Positions 1 through 11,545 are shown, counted from the stretch's first letter. The stretch is DNA of 26,173 bases from Camelus dromedarius (GCF_036321535.1 NC_087436.1:123258001-123284173); one strand, 5' to 3'. The notes: generated from the sequence alone by a model not told the origin. Numbers and translations are program-made.

Positions 1-133
1 GCCAGGCTGACAGCACCAAACTAATTTTCACTTAGTTAAAATTGGGACTCCAAGTAAAAGACTACAGGGAGTCCCTCTAAACTTCTGAAACAGCCAAACC
101 ATGATCTGTAATATGTTAAGTCAAACTGTTTAC

Positions 134-339
134 CTTGATTCGAGGCATAGTAACTGTAGGAGGCTTTGCTTCGGCCACAAAACTGTGAGATGGTCCTTTT
201 TCCACAAGGTAAGTTGTGTAGGGCATAAATTTCACACCCTTTGACCCAAACACAAAATCATCTCTCAAGCCGTCTATCAGCACAATAACAATTTTACTGA
301 AGAGAGGTGGTGGGAGCTTGGTCCAGTTGGAACTGGCTC
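134..339 (-). CDS. PIGG: GPI ethanolamine phosphate transferase 2, coding exon 2 (206 nt); gene continues off the left edge
   Basis: Acceptor TTTTAG|GA (AG at 341-340). Reads (G)ASSNWTKLPPPLFSKIVIVLIDGLRDDFVFGSKGVKFMPYTTYLVEKGPSHSFVAEAKPPTVTMPRIK, then phase-0 donor AAG|GTAAAC (GT at 133-132). In frame with exon 1 (154+206=360 nt). Absent from the ORF track. Confidence 0.97.
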
Positions 340-1252
340 CTAAAAGTGTTTGAAAGAAAAAAAGGAAATTGAATTTTAAACTTTATGTAGCATTCAAACA
401 CCTTCTAATGTAGTTTCTGCCTACTTCTCCAGCACATACTCTGTCACATCTACATATCCTGACCCAAAGGAAAAGGCCTGTTCTTGGTAGACAACGCTGG
501 GTTCAGGGGGTGGGCAACAAGGAAGCTCAGAGATCCCCAGTATTAAGTAGCAAACTGCCCTTAGCATGGTGAGGAGTACTGGGACAAGGGAGTGTCCTTC
601 TTGAGTGTCCTGGAATGGGACACCAGGGCGCCTGACCCCAAACACAGTGCTACAGGTAGGGGATGGGTGAGCATTTACAAACTGTTTACATGGCTAGCAG
701 CTGGTATTGTGTGGATCTGGTCCAAAACCTGAGTGTCTTTACCTGGTATATACTGCTGGATAGGTGAGGGCTAAGAAGGGGGGTCTATGCAGGGAGGTCT
801 TAACTACTGAGCAAAACGGGGTCTTGGAGGAATATCATAGAAGAAAACACGAGAGGTCGGCAGGAATCTCATCTGTTGTGTCTTACTGAGCAAAAAGGGT
901 GCCTGGAACAGTGAGTGACCCAAACACCTGCTCAGGGAAGGAGGTCGGGGTGTCACTGGATGAGGAGTGCTGGGGAGAGGCTTGCTTTTCACGGGTGTAG
1001 AGAGCTTACTTTATGGTGACCAAGGAGTAGGATCTTAGTAGTAGGCTGGTAGTGGGGCTTGCCAAAAAGTTGTAGGATACAGAAAAGGAGACTGGAGCGG
1101 TAAGAAGGGGGCTCTTGGGGGTGAGGATCAGAATGGACGAGGAGACCACTCGGGAACCCTGGAAAGAAGTCCAAGAGGCAAAGCTCATAAGGAGGGTCCT
1201 CCGGGGAAATGTGGGGCCCAGGGAGCAGAGATGCCTGGGGAGTGGTCCGTAC

Positions 1253-1406
1253 CAGACGAGGGTTCGGGCGCTGGGGGCTCTGCTTCGTTCTCCGTCCTGG
1301 AAGAGAAACAAATGGGGGCCGGGAAGAATCCCCGAAGGAAGAGGGCGACCCCCAGCACCTCGATCACTACGCAGCAGGCGGCGAAGGCCCCGGAGCCTAG
1401 CCGCAT
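1253..1406 (-). CDS. PIGG: GPI ethanolamine phosphate transferase 2, coding exon 1 (154 nt)
   Basis: ATG at 1406-1404 gives MRLGSGAFAACCVVIEVLGVALFLRGFFPAPICFSSRTENEAEPPAPEPSS(G), matching the recalled human PIGG N-terminus (MRLGSGTFATCCVAIEVLGIAVFLRGFFPAP...EPPAPEPSAG). Ends at phase-1 donor CTG|GTACGG (GT at 1252-1251). Confidence 0.97.
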
Positions 1407-1709
1407 CGCGCCCACCCGCCGGGCCGGGAGCCAGGTTCCCAGACCCCCGTGCAAGTCTCGCCAGAAGCAGCCTCTTCCGCCCCGAGCAAGCAGCCTCTGA
1501 GCAAGCGCGAACCGGAGGGCCTGACAGGTTCCCGTCGTCTATCCGTCAGTCTGCGCGCCGGAAATGCGCACAAGGGGGCGGGCGCTTCCGGGGCGGGGCG
1601 GCCCTGGGCTCCCGGCTCCTCGTGTACTTCCGGTGCGCCTGCCCGCGAGGCCCCGCCAGCCCCGGGGGGCAGTGAGGTGTCCCGTGTGCTGCGTCAGTGT
1701 GTTCGTGTG

Positions 1710-1733
1710 TCTGTGTCTGTGTCTGTGTCTGTG
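1710..1733 (+). repeat. (TCTGTG)4 microsatellite
   Basis: Read directly. Confidence 0.9.
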
Positions 1734-2189
1734 GCCCTGCCGTGTGCTTGCCCCCTGTTAGGAGCTGTCACACATTCTGTGAGCCTGCTGAGTCAGGTGC
1801 CGTCGCCCTCAGAGCCACTTGTGTCGTGGGCAGGTGTGTGCAGAGGACGCGGTCTGTGGCTCGGGCCTCGAGTCAGGCCATTGCATCGCCAGGTGACCTC
1901 CAGAAACTCCGGCTGACGTCCCGGGTCAGGGCCCCCTGTGCGGCGTTGAACTCCGGGACATTGTTGGGGCTCCATCCAGACCCCTTCAGTGTCCAGTGCC
2001 TCCATCCCTGGCTTCTGGGCACGCAGGGGCCGCAGCTCACAGCTACCGTCTTCTCTGAACGATTGCCCTTGGCTGGTGGGATCTGCTGCGCTGGGAGTTG
2101 TCGCTGCCCAAACACCTTGAGCTCAAGACGGGTTGCGGTATAAAGGCCCAGCTCCTTTGCCTCAGAGGGGACTGACTAGTGCTATTTGT

Positions 2190-2500
2190 GCTTTCTTGAG
2201 TGTTTATTTCATGAAATAGCATTGGGTTTTGTTTAAAGCTTTTTCGGCATCAGTTGATGATTTTGTGTTTTTACTGCACACAGTTATTGTGGTGTATTAC
2301 ATTGCTTGGCTTTAATATGTTGAACAATCTGGGATTGCTGGTGTAGAGACGCTGGCTGATGGCATAGTCCCTTCAATCGGCTGTTGGTTTCATGCTGTTA
2401 CTATTTTGTGGAGAATTGTTATATTCATATTTATAGGGATACTGGTCCAGTTCTTTAATGGTGTATTTGTGTTGATTAGATTGGGCTTGGTGTCTAGCAC
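2190..2500 (-). mobile_element. Old L1 ORF2 (RT region) fragment, antisense
   Basis: Resembles the L1 antisense text ...atgaaa...tgttgaattttgtcaaatgctttttctgcatc...attacattgattg...atgttgaacca...gggatattggtc; highly diverged. Confidence 0.7.
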
Positions 2501-3379
2501 TAGGGCTGGGGCTAGAGTAGGAGCTGGGGCAGTGTAGACAGCCCCTTTGGATGTTTCATTTTCAAACATCCCTGTGGTTGAGGGTGCCTCCACCCTCAGA
2601 GCCTCTTAGCCTGCCGAGAGAGGTAATAACCCTCCGAACACTGAATGTGGTCCTGCTATCCTTTGGCCTTCTGGTTGGAACAAACCTTTGACATTTATGC
2701 TCATTAAGAATCAGAGATACAGGAGCAACTAGGCCTCCCAGTGGACAGTTTCACGCTGAGGTTGTGTGGTCTTAGAAACCTGAGTGCATCCCAAGCCCAT
2801 GCCCTGTGGGCTTTGGAAAGCTGCCAACGGTGGTATTGTGGTATGGGATAGTCCTCCAGACTCCCACTGCCTCACTGAGCAAGAGTCTCCTTAACACCCT
2901 GGTATTTGGTCTCTGCTCTTTGTAAAGAAGACAGAAGAGACTGGAAAAGGAGCATGTTTTTTTCTTGGATGGGTAATTAGTGTAGCCAAGGGACAGATGT
3001 GATGCCTGGGCTTCCGCCTCCCAGGGATGCAGATGAGGTGTATGTGTCTTGCGAGGGCACGTGGGCTGTTCTGGCCCAGTCTCTGAGATACAGAGATGCA
3101 GTGTCCAAGGCAGGAGTCCTGAGTTTACCAGCGACAGCAAAGTTGCTTTTTGAGCAAGTGGAAGAGCTTCTTGCCATCCTGGGAGAACAGGAAGAACACT
3201 GGGTGGGCGGCTGCAGCCCCTGACCCAAACCCCTTCCTTCCTTGGACTTCAGATCCCACAGCTGTGCAGTGGGCAGTCAGCGGTGTGGAGTCTGCTGCTT
3301 TCCTCAATGCAGCATCCATTCTCAGCACCTCAGTTTTTAGGAACTACACCTGCATCTGGTCCAAACAGTCGCAGAGGGC

Positions 3380-3760
3380 TGATCCCATGTCCCACTCACC
3401 TTGAAGATGGGTGTATGATCCCACATCTATCCAGTCTTATGTTCCATCCTCTTGGTGCTCTGATCGGTTCAAGGATGAGATATAACCCAAGCTAGACCAA
3501 AGGTATTGAAAGCTGTGACTTTTTATGGAACCCAAGAAAGGAAAGACCCTTCCCCACTAGACTGGACGTGTCAGCCTGGAGTTGCTGGAGGTCCCTGATG
3601 CAGTGAGAGAGGGAGACTGTGGCTATGAATGGGCCCTCCCAAAGTTACTTAGTAGGACAAAGGGACCAGGTCACAGTGTGAGAGTATGAGCGCCTGCCCC
3701 ACCAGGCTCAAACCCACTCTTAAACCTGTCTCTTGCAAGCATTATTTTATTTCATCATTA
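3380..3760. mobile_element. Possible ancient ERVL/MaLR-type LTR remnant
   Basis: gatcggttcaaggatgagatataacccaagctagaccaa resembles the gattggttcagggatgggcatgtgacccaagctaggccaa motif of LTR16/LTR33/MLT1-type elements; boundaries uncertain. Confidence 0.4.
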
Positions 3761-4801
3761 AAATTATCCAGGGTATCACATGGCATTGAGCCATCATGTC
3801 ATTTTTTAGGATCTTGTAGGAGAAAATAGTGTGGCCACGGCCTCAGGATATTGGGACACAACAGAACATGTTTGTTTGAGCGTCTCCAACCAAGTGAGCT
3901 GGGGAGGGGGCTTCTCTAGAGAGTGGGTGCCTGGTGACCTATGTCCCAGGTTCTGTTGGGCTCTATTGCCAGGGAAGTGAGGTCACTTCCTGGGGTCCCC
4001 TTACCCAAGCTTCCTCCTTACACCAATCTCCCCAAGGGCCCCTCTGGGCTCCCGACTGCTCACCTCTCACCCCATACCATGTCCATGCACAGTGACACCA
4101 AGCCAGTGCACCCCACAGCCCTGGGGAGGCCTGGGTGCAGCCAGGGCCCCAGTTCTGAGGACACAGCTAGGTTCAGACCCGGCTCCCCCTCCTCAGAAGT
4201 GCTGTGACCCTGGACAAGCCACGTGCTTCTCGGGTCTCCCCAGCCCCCCCATCTGCACCATGGGGGGTCGTTCTGGCCTCTGCTTCCTAGGGAAGCCATC
4301 AGGTCTGTAGACTATAAACACCTACAGCCCCTGTAACACCCATGGGCTGGCATCACAGGGAGCTCATGCTCAGACTCAGCAAAGGAAGGATTCCACAGAG
4401 GGCTGGCGGAGCACAGAGCACACCCCACACAGGCCTGGCTCTGCTCTGGGGTCTGGAGAAAGTCACTCTCCTTGCTGCCTGCTTCCCAGTCTCCCCCATG
4501 GGTGGGTTGAAATGAAATACAATTCAGACACTGTCCGCTCTGGCATACAGCCTTCCAGGTCCTCCTGTTATGTTCAGACTCAGGTGCCAGTGTCTCTTCT
4601 CGGCCTGTGTGGTGGGCTGCCCCACCATGGCTCCCTGCGTTCTTGCCTCCTGGTCACTTGGCCTTGTGTGATTCCCACACCCACACATGCAGGGTGGTTG
4701 GACCTTGTGCCTGGGTTCCGACAGGTAAACTGACTTACGAAAAGTGTGTGACTTCCACCCATTCCCAGCTCCCGTGTTCATTCTCTGTCTCTCAGTGCCT
4801 C

Positions 4802-4833
<32 letters not shown>

Positions 4834-4883
4834 TGTCTATTTCTTGCTCCCTCTGCCTCTCTGTGTTCCTGTCTATCTCTTTC

Positions 4884-4917
<34 letters not shown>

Positions 4918-4957
4918 TTATACATTTATATTTATATGTATTGTGTGTGTGTGTGTG
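4802..4957 (+). repeat. Compound microsatellite (GTCT)8 / (TG)15 / AT-rich / (TG)8
   Basis: (GTCT)n 4802-4833, (TG)15 4885-4914, (TG)8 4942-4957. Confidence 0.95.
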
Positions 4958-4958
4958 T

Positions 4959-5260
4959 TGTTAGAGCCCAGGGCAGGTCATTTCTAAAGATGCCTGAATG
5001 ACGTATTGATTGTTTTGAATTCATGTTATTGAAGAAATGACCCATGTAAGAGAGACACTGTCCACATCCTCTCTGTCTCCCTGTGACATCTCTCCTATGA
5101 AAGGTGCACCACCTGGGGGCTGAGGGTGAGGGCTGAGCACTGCAGACACGCTGGCTCCTGCAAATCAGTTCATACTGGGAACCTTCTGTTGTGAATGCTG
5201 AGGAGCCAGTTAGCTTTACGATGACCAAAGCCAACTCCCCTCTCTGCCTATTTCTGAGAA
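4959..5260 (+). mobile_element. ERV1-class LTR 5' part (MER34-like)
   Basis: Starts TGTTAGAG; shares 5' motifs (gacact..., tgaaaggt) with the LTR at 18183; right boundary uncertain. Confidence 0.55.
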
Positions 5261-5931
5261 AAGGCCTGAGTCTGAGCTACTACAAATTCTTGGAATTTCT
5301 TGGCACCAGGACTGACCCTCACTCTCCCATCCTGCTAGACCCTTTGTACAGACACCTCCACTTGGAGAGTTATTTACCACAGCCAGCAAATAAACAACAT
5401 CCAGCCCCAATTTCCAACAAACAAAGAGATACCCAGCTGGTCTCCTCCCTCAGCCACTTCAGAGAGTCACTCTTTTACAAGTCACTTAAGCTCAAGTACT
5501 TCCTGCTTCTCCCTTCTGTGGCACAATGCCACCCCTGGATGAGCCCCATCTTAGTTGGCAGGTTGGCACCGCTCAGGTGAGCTGGAGACAACACCCCAAA
5601 GTGGGCCAATGATAGCACCGTACATTCAGTCACCTGCACACCAAATCGGCCGTGAACGCGGTGGCCCAGAGACAGGGATGTTCATGTGCCTCCGACAGTC
5701 GTTGCTCAGGAGACCCCAGCATCTATCACCAGCTTCTCCCTGTTCTGACCTTGGCTCTTCCTCTTTTCAGCTGATACCTTGCCAGATCATTAATGGAGAA
5801 AGTGGATCCCATCTGGCAAGAGCAGAATCATCTTCCCAACACATGAGAAAAGAACAAGCCTGGGCCCTCACCCACCCTGTCCCTGTCTGCCTGCCCAGCC
5901 CCTTCATGTCAGAAGAACGTGTCCCACCTCC

Positions 5932-6516
5932 TGTGCGAGGCCAAACCCCAGGGACAGGACTCAGAGGTGAAGGAAGCCTGAGCATTGTTTATAGCTTTGG
6001 ATACTTTTACAGAGAAAACAGCAAAGAGAAAACAAACGACTCCGTCTCCCGCAAAACAGGTGAAGAGGGACGTGCGGAGCTTTCCCCTCTGTCTTCCTGG
6101 CAGCAGGAGACAACACATCCATCCCCCGCCCCCACCCCCACCCCCCATGGGAGACATCCTCCCTCCTCCTAGCAGGAGAGTGACAGTGTTCTCATTCAGG
6201 GTGGAAAGATGAGAAAGAGCGAATTCTGTACACACGGACCTTGTTGACCGTGATTCTCATCCTCCTCAGCCTCCCCACGTGGTGCAGTTCCTCTCCCACA
6301 ATCCCCTCTCTCTGTTCAGCCCAACAGGAAAGCATTTAGGTTTTGCCACTTCTCTGGGTATTCCTTCACCTCCTTAGCAGGACGGCCCAGGTCATGTAAA
6401 ACTTAGGGGTAATAAGTGTGTCTGCTTCTCTCCTGTGAGTCTGTCTCATGTGCACTTAATTCTCAGGACGAGCTGTCAGCTCTGTGAGGGTGGAGGGGTG
6501 GTTTTGTCTCTGCGAC
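5932..6516 (+). mobile_element. ERV1-class LTR (MER34-like)
   Basis: 3' end (gtcatgtaaaactta...ttctctcctgtgagtctgtctcatgtgcacttaattctcagg...gagggtggagggg) parallels the 3' end of the LTR at 18183-18645. Confidence 0.6.
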
Positions 6517-6619
6517 GTCCTTCTTACTGGCATCTTTGAAATTAACCTCTTTCCTTGGCTTGACTCCTCAGGATGCCGACATGCTCTCAGCGACCACCTT
6601 CAGGGTCTCTGTGAAGATA

Positions 6620-7420
6620 GGCTGGGTCTTTCAAGATGAAACGCATCCTTACCATATGATCCAGTCCTCCAACTCCTTGGTATCAATGGACCCAAATGGG
6701 TCAAATGCTTACATCTACACAGAAACCTGCACCAGGACATTTAGGGCAGCTTTCTTCATACCTGCCAGAAAGCTGGAAGCAACCAAGATGTCCTTCAGGA
6801 GGTGAATGGACACGTGGATTGGGCTGCACGCATGCAACAGAATATTCCTCAGAACCAAAAAGAAGTGAGAGATCTGTTGAGCCATGGGGAGACAGGTGGG
6901 GCACCTTAAATGCCTGTTACTCAGTAAGAGAAGCCAGTGTGGAAAGGGGGCACATCTTAGGGTCCCAACTACGTATGACATAGGAGAGAAGGCAAACCAT
7001 GGAAAGGGTTGGAATGATCAGTGCATTGCCAGGGGTTTGCTGTGGGGTGGAGGGCAGGGGCTGATAGACTGGCCAAGCACAGAGGATTTTTAAGGCAGCG
7101 ACACTATGCAGTGTGATGGTTTTGTGGTGAGATGTGTTTGATGGGACTGATAGGTTGTGCACCACCAGGAGTGGACCCTGATGCAAACTCTGGGCCCTGG
7201 TGATCACGATGTGTCCATGTGGGCTCAGCAGTCGTGACCAACACACAGAATGTTGACAGGAAAGCTGGGGGCAGGAGGCTCTAGCACCTGAGTGTGTGTC
7301 TGGGATTGGGGGGTGGGTTGAAGGGAGCAGCAAGAGCAGAGCAGGGGGTGTGTGGGACCCAACTTTGTGGTGAGCTCAAAACGTCTTTTAAAAAATAAAG
7401 CCTGTTTAAACAAAGAAACA
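6620..7420 (+). mobile_element. L1 3' end (L1MC1-like), sense
   Basis: ORF2 C-terminal motifs (ttaccatatgatccag, tggaagcaaccaagatgtccttca), L1MC-type 3' UTR (agcacagaggatttttaaggcag), AATAAA 7394-7399 followed by an A-rich tail. Confidence 0.85.
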
Positions 7421-7569
7421 CACACTCCAGTAGTGTCCCATGGCTGCTCCTCTTCGAGTCCTTCGTTTGTCCGGGCCACGTGAGAGTAGAACTTCAGATG
7501 ACCTCGTTTTTCAACCTACATCCTTTTAAAGTTTTATCTGACATCTGCGTTTTATCTCATTACACATCT

Positions 7570-9665
7570 TTCTTTTTTAAAAAAATAGTGGTTTTTCTTC
7601 TTTTAAAAAAATTGATGTATAAAAGACAGGCAGTATTATATTAGTTTTCTGGTATACAACATAGTGATTTGGTATTTCTATATGTGGCCAGATGATCACC
7701 ACGGTGAGTCTAGTGACCACTGGTCACCATACAATGTCAGCACAGTGTTATGGACCCTATTCCCTATGCTGCACATGGCATTCCCGTGACATTTGTTGTG
7801 TGACTGGAAGTTTGTGTGTGTTGGTCTTTCTCACCTGTTGCGCTCATGCCCCCAGCCCTCTCTCCTCTGCAACCACTAGCATGTTCTTGGGATCTATGAG
7901 TCCGTTTCTGTTTTCCTCTTTGTTCATTTGTTGTGTTGTGTAGATTCTACAGAAAAGTGACACCATAAGTTATCTCTCCCTGTCTGATACAGGTCACTTA
8001 GCATTATACCCTCTAGGTTCATTCATGTTGTCACAAGATTCCATTCTTTTTTTGGCTAAGTCATTTTCCATTTTGTGTGTGTGTGAGGTAAAAAAAATAT
8101 ATATATTAATAAAGATACCCCAAAGTGTAATTCCTGCGTCATATGTTAGTTTTATTTTCAATTTTTTGAGGACCCTTCATACTGTTTGTCATAGTGGCTG
8201 TAACAATGGACGTTCCAAACAAAAGTGCATGTGGATTTCCTTTCCTCCACCTCCTCACTGGTGCTTGTCATTCGTTGTCTTTGGATGATGGGCATTCTTT
8301 CGGTTGTTTGGAGATCATCTCCTTGTGGTTTTCATGTGCATTTCTTTGATGATGAGTAGTATTGATCATCTTTTCATGTGTCCATTGGCCATCTGCATAT
8401 ACTCTGTGGAAAAAGATTCGATCTTCTGCCAATTTTTTAATTAGGCTTTTTTTTGGTTTTTGGTGGTTGAGTTGTGTGAGTTTTTAGTTGGTCTGTTTTG
8501 GAATGTGAACCTCTTTCAGATGCATTTTTTGTGAATGTTTTTTCACATTCAGCCTTTTCATTTTGGGAATGGTTTCTTTGTTGTTCAAAAGCTTTTCAGC
8601 TGGATGATTTCCCATTGGTTTATTTTGCTTTTGTTTCTCTTGCTTGAGGAGACAGATCCAAAAGAATATTGCTAAGACTGATGTGAAAGAGCTTACTGCC
8701 TGTGTTTTCTTCTAGGAGTTTTGTGGCTTCAGGTCCTACATTGAAGTATTCGATTCACTTTGAGGTTGTCTTTGTAGATGGTATGAGAAAGGGTTCCAGT
8801 TTGATTCCTGTGCATGTAACTGTCCAGTTTTCCCAAAGCCACTTATGGAAGATGCTGTCTTTCCCCCATTGTATATTCTCACCTCCTTTGTCATAGATGA
8901 ATTGACCACACAAGCATGGGTTTATTTCTGGGCTCTGAATTCTGTTCTGTGAATTTATGTGCATTTCTTCTGTGCCAGTACCATACTGTGTGGGATGATT
9001 CTAGGATTGTAGTAGAGTTTGGCACCAGGGAGTGAGATATGAAAGGTTTGTGCTTCTTTCTTAAGATTGTATGGATTGTTCACGTTCACACAGTTTGGAA
9101 TTCTTTGTTCTGGTTCTCTTAAGAATTCCATTGGTGTGTTGCTAGGATTGGCATCGAATCTCTAGATTGCCTTGGAGCCTGGGGTCCTTTTAACAGTGCC
9201 ACTTCTTCCAGTCCACAAACACAGTGTACCTTTCCGTTGTTTGTGTCGTCTTCAGTTTCTTTTATCAGTGCCTCCCAGTTTTCTGGGTGCAGCTCGGTAC
9301 CTGCTGGGTTAGGTGTACTCCTAGGTATTTTACTTTTGTCCAGTTCATTGTCAGTGGGGTTGTTTTCTTAATTTCTCATTTGCTAGTTTGCTCATTTGCT
9401 AAAGTGTATAGAGATGGAAATAAGTTCTGTGGGTTAATTTTGTATCCTGCAACTTAATTGAATTTTCTGATGAGTTCTATTTGTTTTTCTGTGTCATCTT
9501 CAGGGTTTTCTATACAGAGTATCATGCCATCTACAAACAGTGACAGATTTACTTTTTCTTCTGCCATCAGATTTCTTTCTTTCTTTCTTTTTTTTCTTTT
9601 TCTTTTTTTTTTTTTTTTCATCTATTTACTATGGCTCGGACTCCTTAGACCATGTCGAATGAAGG
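7570..9665 (-). mobile_element. 5'-truncated L1 (L1MA9-like), ~2.1 kb, antisense
   Basis: T-rich tail, 3' UTR (ggtatacaacatagtgattt...atgatcaccac); ORF 8755..8964 encodes RIQSPEINP...GQFIYDKG...IQWGKDSIFHKWLWENW, typical of L1 ORF2p; disrupted frames. Confidence 0.92.
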
Positions 9666-9849
9666 TGCAAGATGGGTCAGGGATAGAGTTAGATTTAAGC
9701 ATAACTGGCCCTCTTCCCCTTCCTCCCTATCCATCTATCTGAGGCCTCCAGGAAGGATAGGACGAGTCCTGGGTCACATATGACTCAGGGAGTTGAGCTG
9801 AACAGTGTTTTTTCTGCACCTCCTCCCCACCCCACCCTGAGTCCCGGGT

Positions 9850-10847
9850 GTATTTTGGTATACTATCTGTATATCTTCTTTGGCCAGGTGTCTACTTAGG
9901 TCTTTCCCTATTTTTAATGGGGTTGTCTGTGTTAGAATTCTTTATGTATTTTGAGACAAATCCTTTATTAGATATGTGTTTGCAACTCTTTTTCTCCCAG
10001 TTTTTGACCTGTCTAGATTTTCTGAATAAGGTCTTTCACAGAGTAGAAATCTTTAATTTTATAAAGTTCATGATATTCCTTGAGTTTCTTTCTGGATTGC
10101 CTTCTTGTGTTGGGTTAACACTCAAAGCTCATGATGTACATGACCAAACCCAAGCTCGTGTCAATTCTCTTCTGTTTTCTTCTATGATTTTGAATAAGTG
10201 GCTCTGAGTGCAACTGAGGGGACTTTGTCTGCTCATTTACCTCTGGGGCTGCAGTTTGGGTCACGTGGCAGGTCAGCATCTATGCAGCAGGAGCTCAGTC
10301 TCCTTGGGACCCACGAGTACTGCAACTTCAGGGCCAGATGGGGCAGCATCCACGTGGACAGGAGCTAGATTTCCCAATGATCCAGGCACTGCCGGGAAGT
10401 ACAGGTGAAGAAAGATGGGGAGAAGCTCCCTGTGCACGGGTGATGGCTTGGAGTGGGGTGGGGGTGGGCTTCAGACAACCAGGAAGGGCTTGGTGTGTAA
10501 AACCAGGTGTTACCAGTTTTGTGTGCAGTGTAGACAGCATGTGGTGCCCAGCACTGCTGCTTGTGGGGACCATCCTTTCCTCTCGTGTTTATAAGCTCTT
10601 TTGTCATACCTTAACTGACCTTGTCATCATGGGTTTGTTTCTCTCTGTTCCTCTGGTCCACATGCCTGTTTTTGTGCCAATTCCACGCTGTTTTCGTGAG
10701 TAGCTTCGTGCTGTAGTGTGAAGTCAGGGAGGGAGATGCCTCCAGCTTGTTCTCCTTTCTCAGGGTCGCTTTGGCTATTTGGGGTCCTTTGTGTATCCAC
10801 ACAAATATTAGGGTGATTTGTTTTTATTACTGTGGAAAACACCATTG
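9850..10847 (+). repeat. Duplicated cassette copy A (partial; truncated by the NUMT)
   Basis: L1 part with tctgaataaggtc, exon-like block ending CAG|GTGAAG (GT 10405-10406), L1 fragment carrying AGGGAGGGAGATGCCTCCA 10726-10744; same order as copies B-D. Confidence 0.8.
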
Positions 10848-11413
10848 AGATGTCTTATTTAAGGGGGCAAGTGGGCAGTTTTAGGTGAGAGGGCCCTGAA
10901 GTAAGAACCAGATGCCAGTTACAGTTCATTTGCAGAAATTCCCACGGATCATGGGCCCAGAATGAGGAGAGAGGCAGGTTTGTGGGCGGGCTGATGGCTT
11001 ATCGAGGCTTGATGATTAAGCGCTGGTTATCGGTGATGATAAGCATGCTGACTGGAAATGTTTGCACTCAGTGTGGTAGTATGATTAGTAAACATATGTT
11101 CTATGTAATATCGGTCACTTCAGTTACCCCTGGCGATGTTTGTAGGCACTGGAATCTAATATGGATTGAACTGTTTACTGTGTCCTGTAATAGCAATAGG
11201 CTGGCGTGCACGCGTATGCACGTGGGTTAGCTGATTAGTTCCCCATTATACGTATCAGTGTTACGTGTGGTGAAGCGTCTGTACTGCGCTTCTGTGGGTG
11301 GAAGGGCACGTAGCGCACCAGGTACACAGCGATGTTCGTTTTCATGGTGTCATTTTCTCACACTCACACAGCCCTTAGAGACAGCACTCAAGGAACAAGG
11401 TAAGAAAGCTGTT

Positions 11414-11478
11414 CAGGGAGTAGTTTAAGTGGAACCTCAAACTTGGAAGCTGAAGGTGGAGCTGGAGCTTCTCTCTGG
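11414..11478 (+). pseudogene. mt-tRNA-Pro pseudogene (in NUMT)
   Basis: Acceptor stem CAGGGAG/CTCTCTG pairs; anticodon TGG 11444-11446; anticodon stem damaged (TCAAA/GCTGA); opposite strand to tRNA-Thr, as in mtDNA. Confidence 0.85.
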
Positions 11479-11545
11479 AGTCTCAGGGAGGTATGTTCTC
11501 CTTTTCGAGTCTACAGGACCAGGGTAGTAAATACATGACAAAGAC
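11479..11545 (-). pseudogene. mt-tRNA-Thr pseudogene (in NUMT)
   Basis: Begins GTCTTTG, anticodon TGT (11515-11513), contains AAAAGGAGAAC and ends CCTCCCTGAGACT; stems mutated. Confidence 0.85.

Larger units (their letters stand above)
1240..1960. promoter_or_regulatory. CpG island / PIGG promoter, probably bidirectional
   Basis: Dense CpG and high GC around exon 1. ETS/GABP-type sites CCGGAAAT 1558-1565, CTTCCGG 1585-1591, ACTTCCGGT 1626-1634; GC boxes 1574-1583 and GGGGCGGGGC 1590-1599; NRF1-like TGCGCA 1565-1570 and TGCGCCTGCCC 1634-1644. Confidence 0.88.

Noticed and set aside
1185..1454. 89-aa ORF as a complete protein
   Set aside because: Only 1406-1253 is PIGG exon 1; the rest is 5' UTR and intron read-through.
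1115..2143. Long + strand ORFs (186, 155, 148 aa) over the promoter
   Set aside because: Stop-poor GC-rich and microsatellite sequence, low-complexity products, no recognisable domain.
2139..2144. TATAAA as a core promoter
   Set aside because: Isolated hexamer at the island edge with no other support.
2999..3223. 74-aa ORF with protein-like composition
   Set aside because: No family recognised and no supporting exon context; a tBLASTx search could still reveal a pseudogene.
4524..5001. ORFs with HT/CV/RQTD repeats
   Set aside because: Translations of microsatellites.
5555..6172. 205-aa ORF, longest in the window
   Set aside because: Non-ATG start, runs into LTR-like sequence, no gag/pol/env or other motif.
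11414..11545. Functional tRNA genes
   Set aside because: Mitochondrial-type, broken anticodon stems, embedded in a NUMT.
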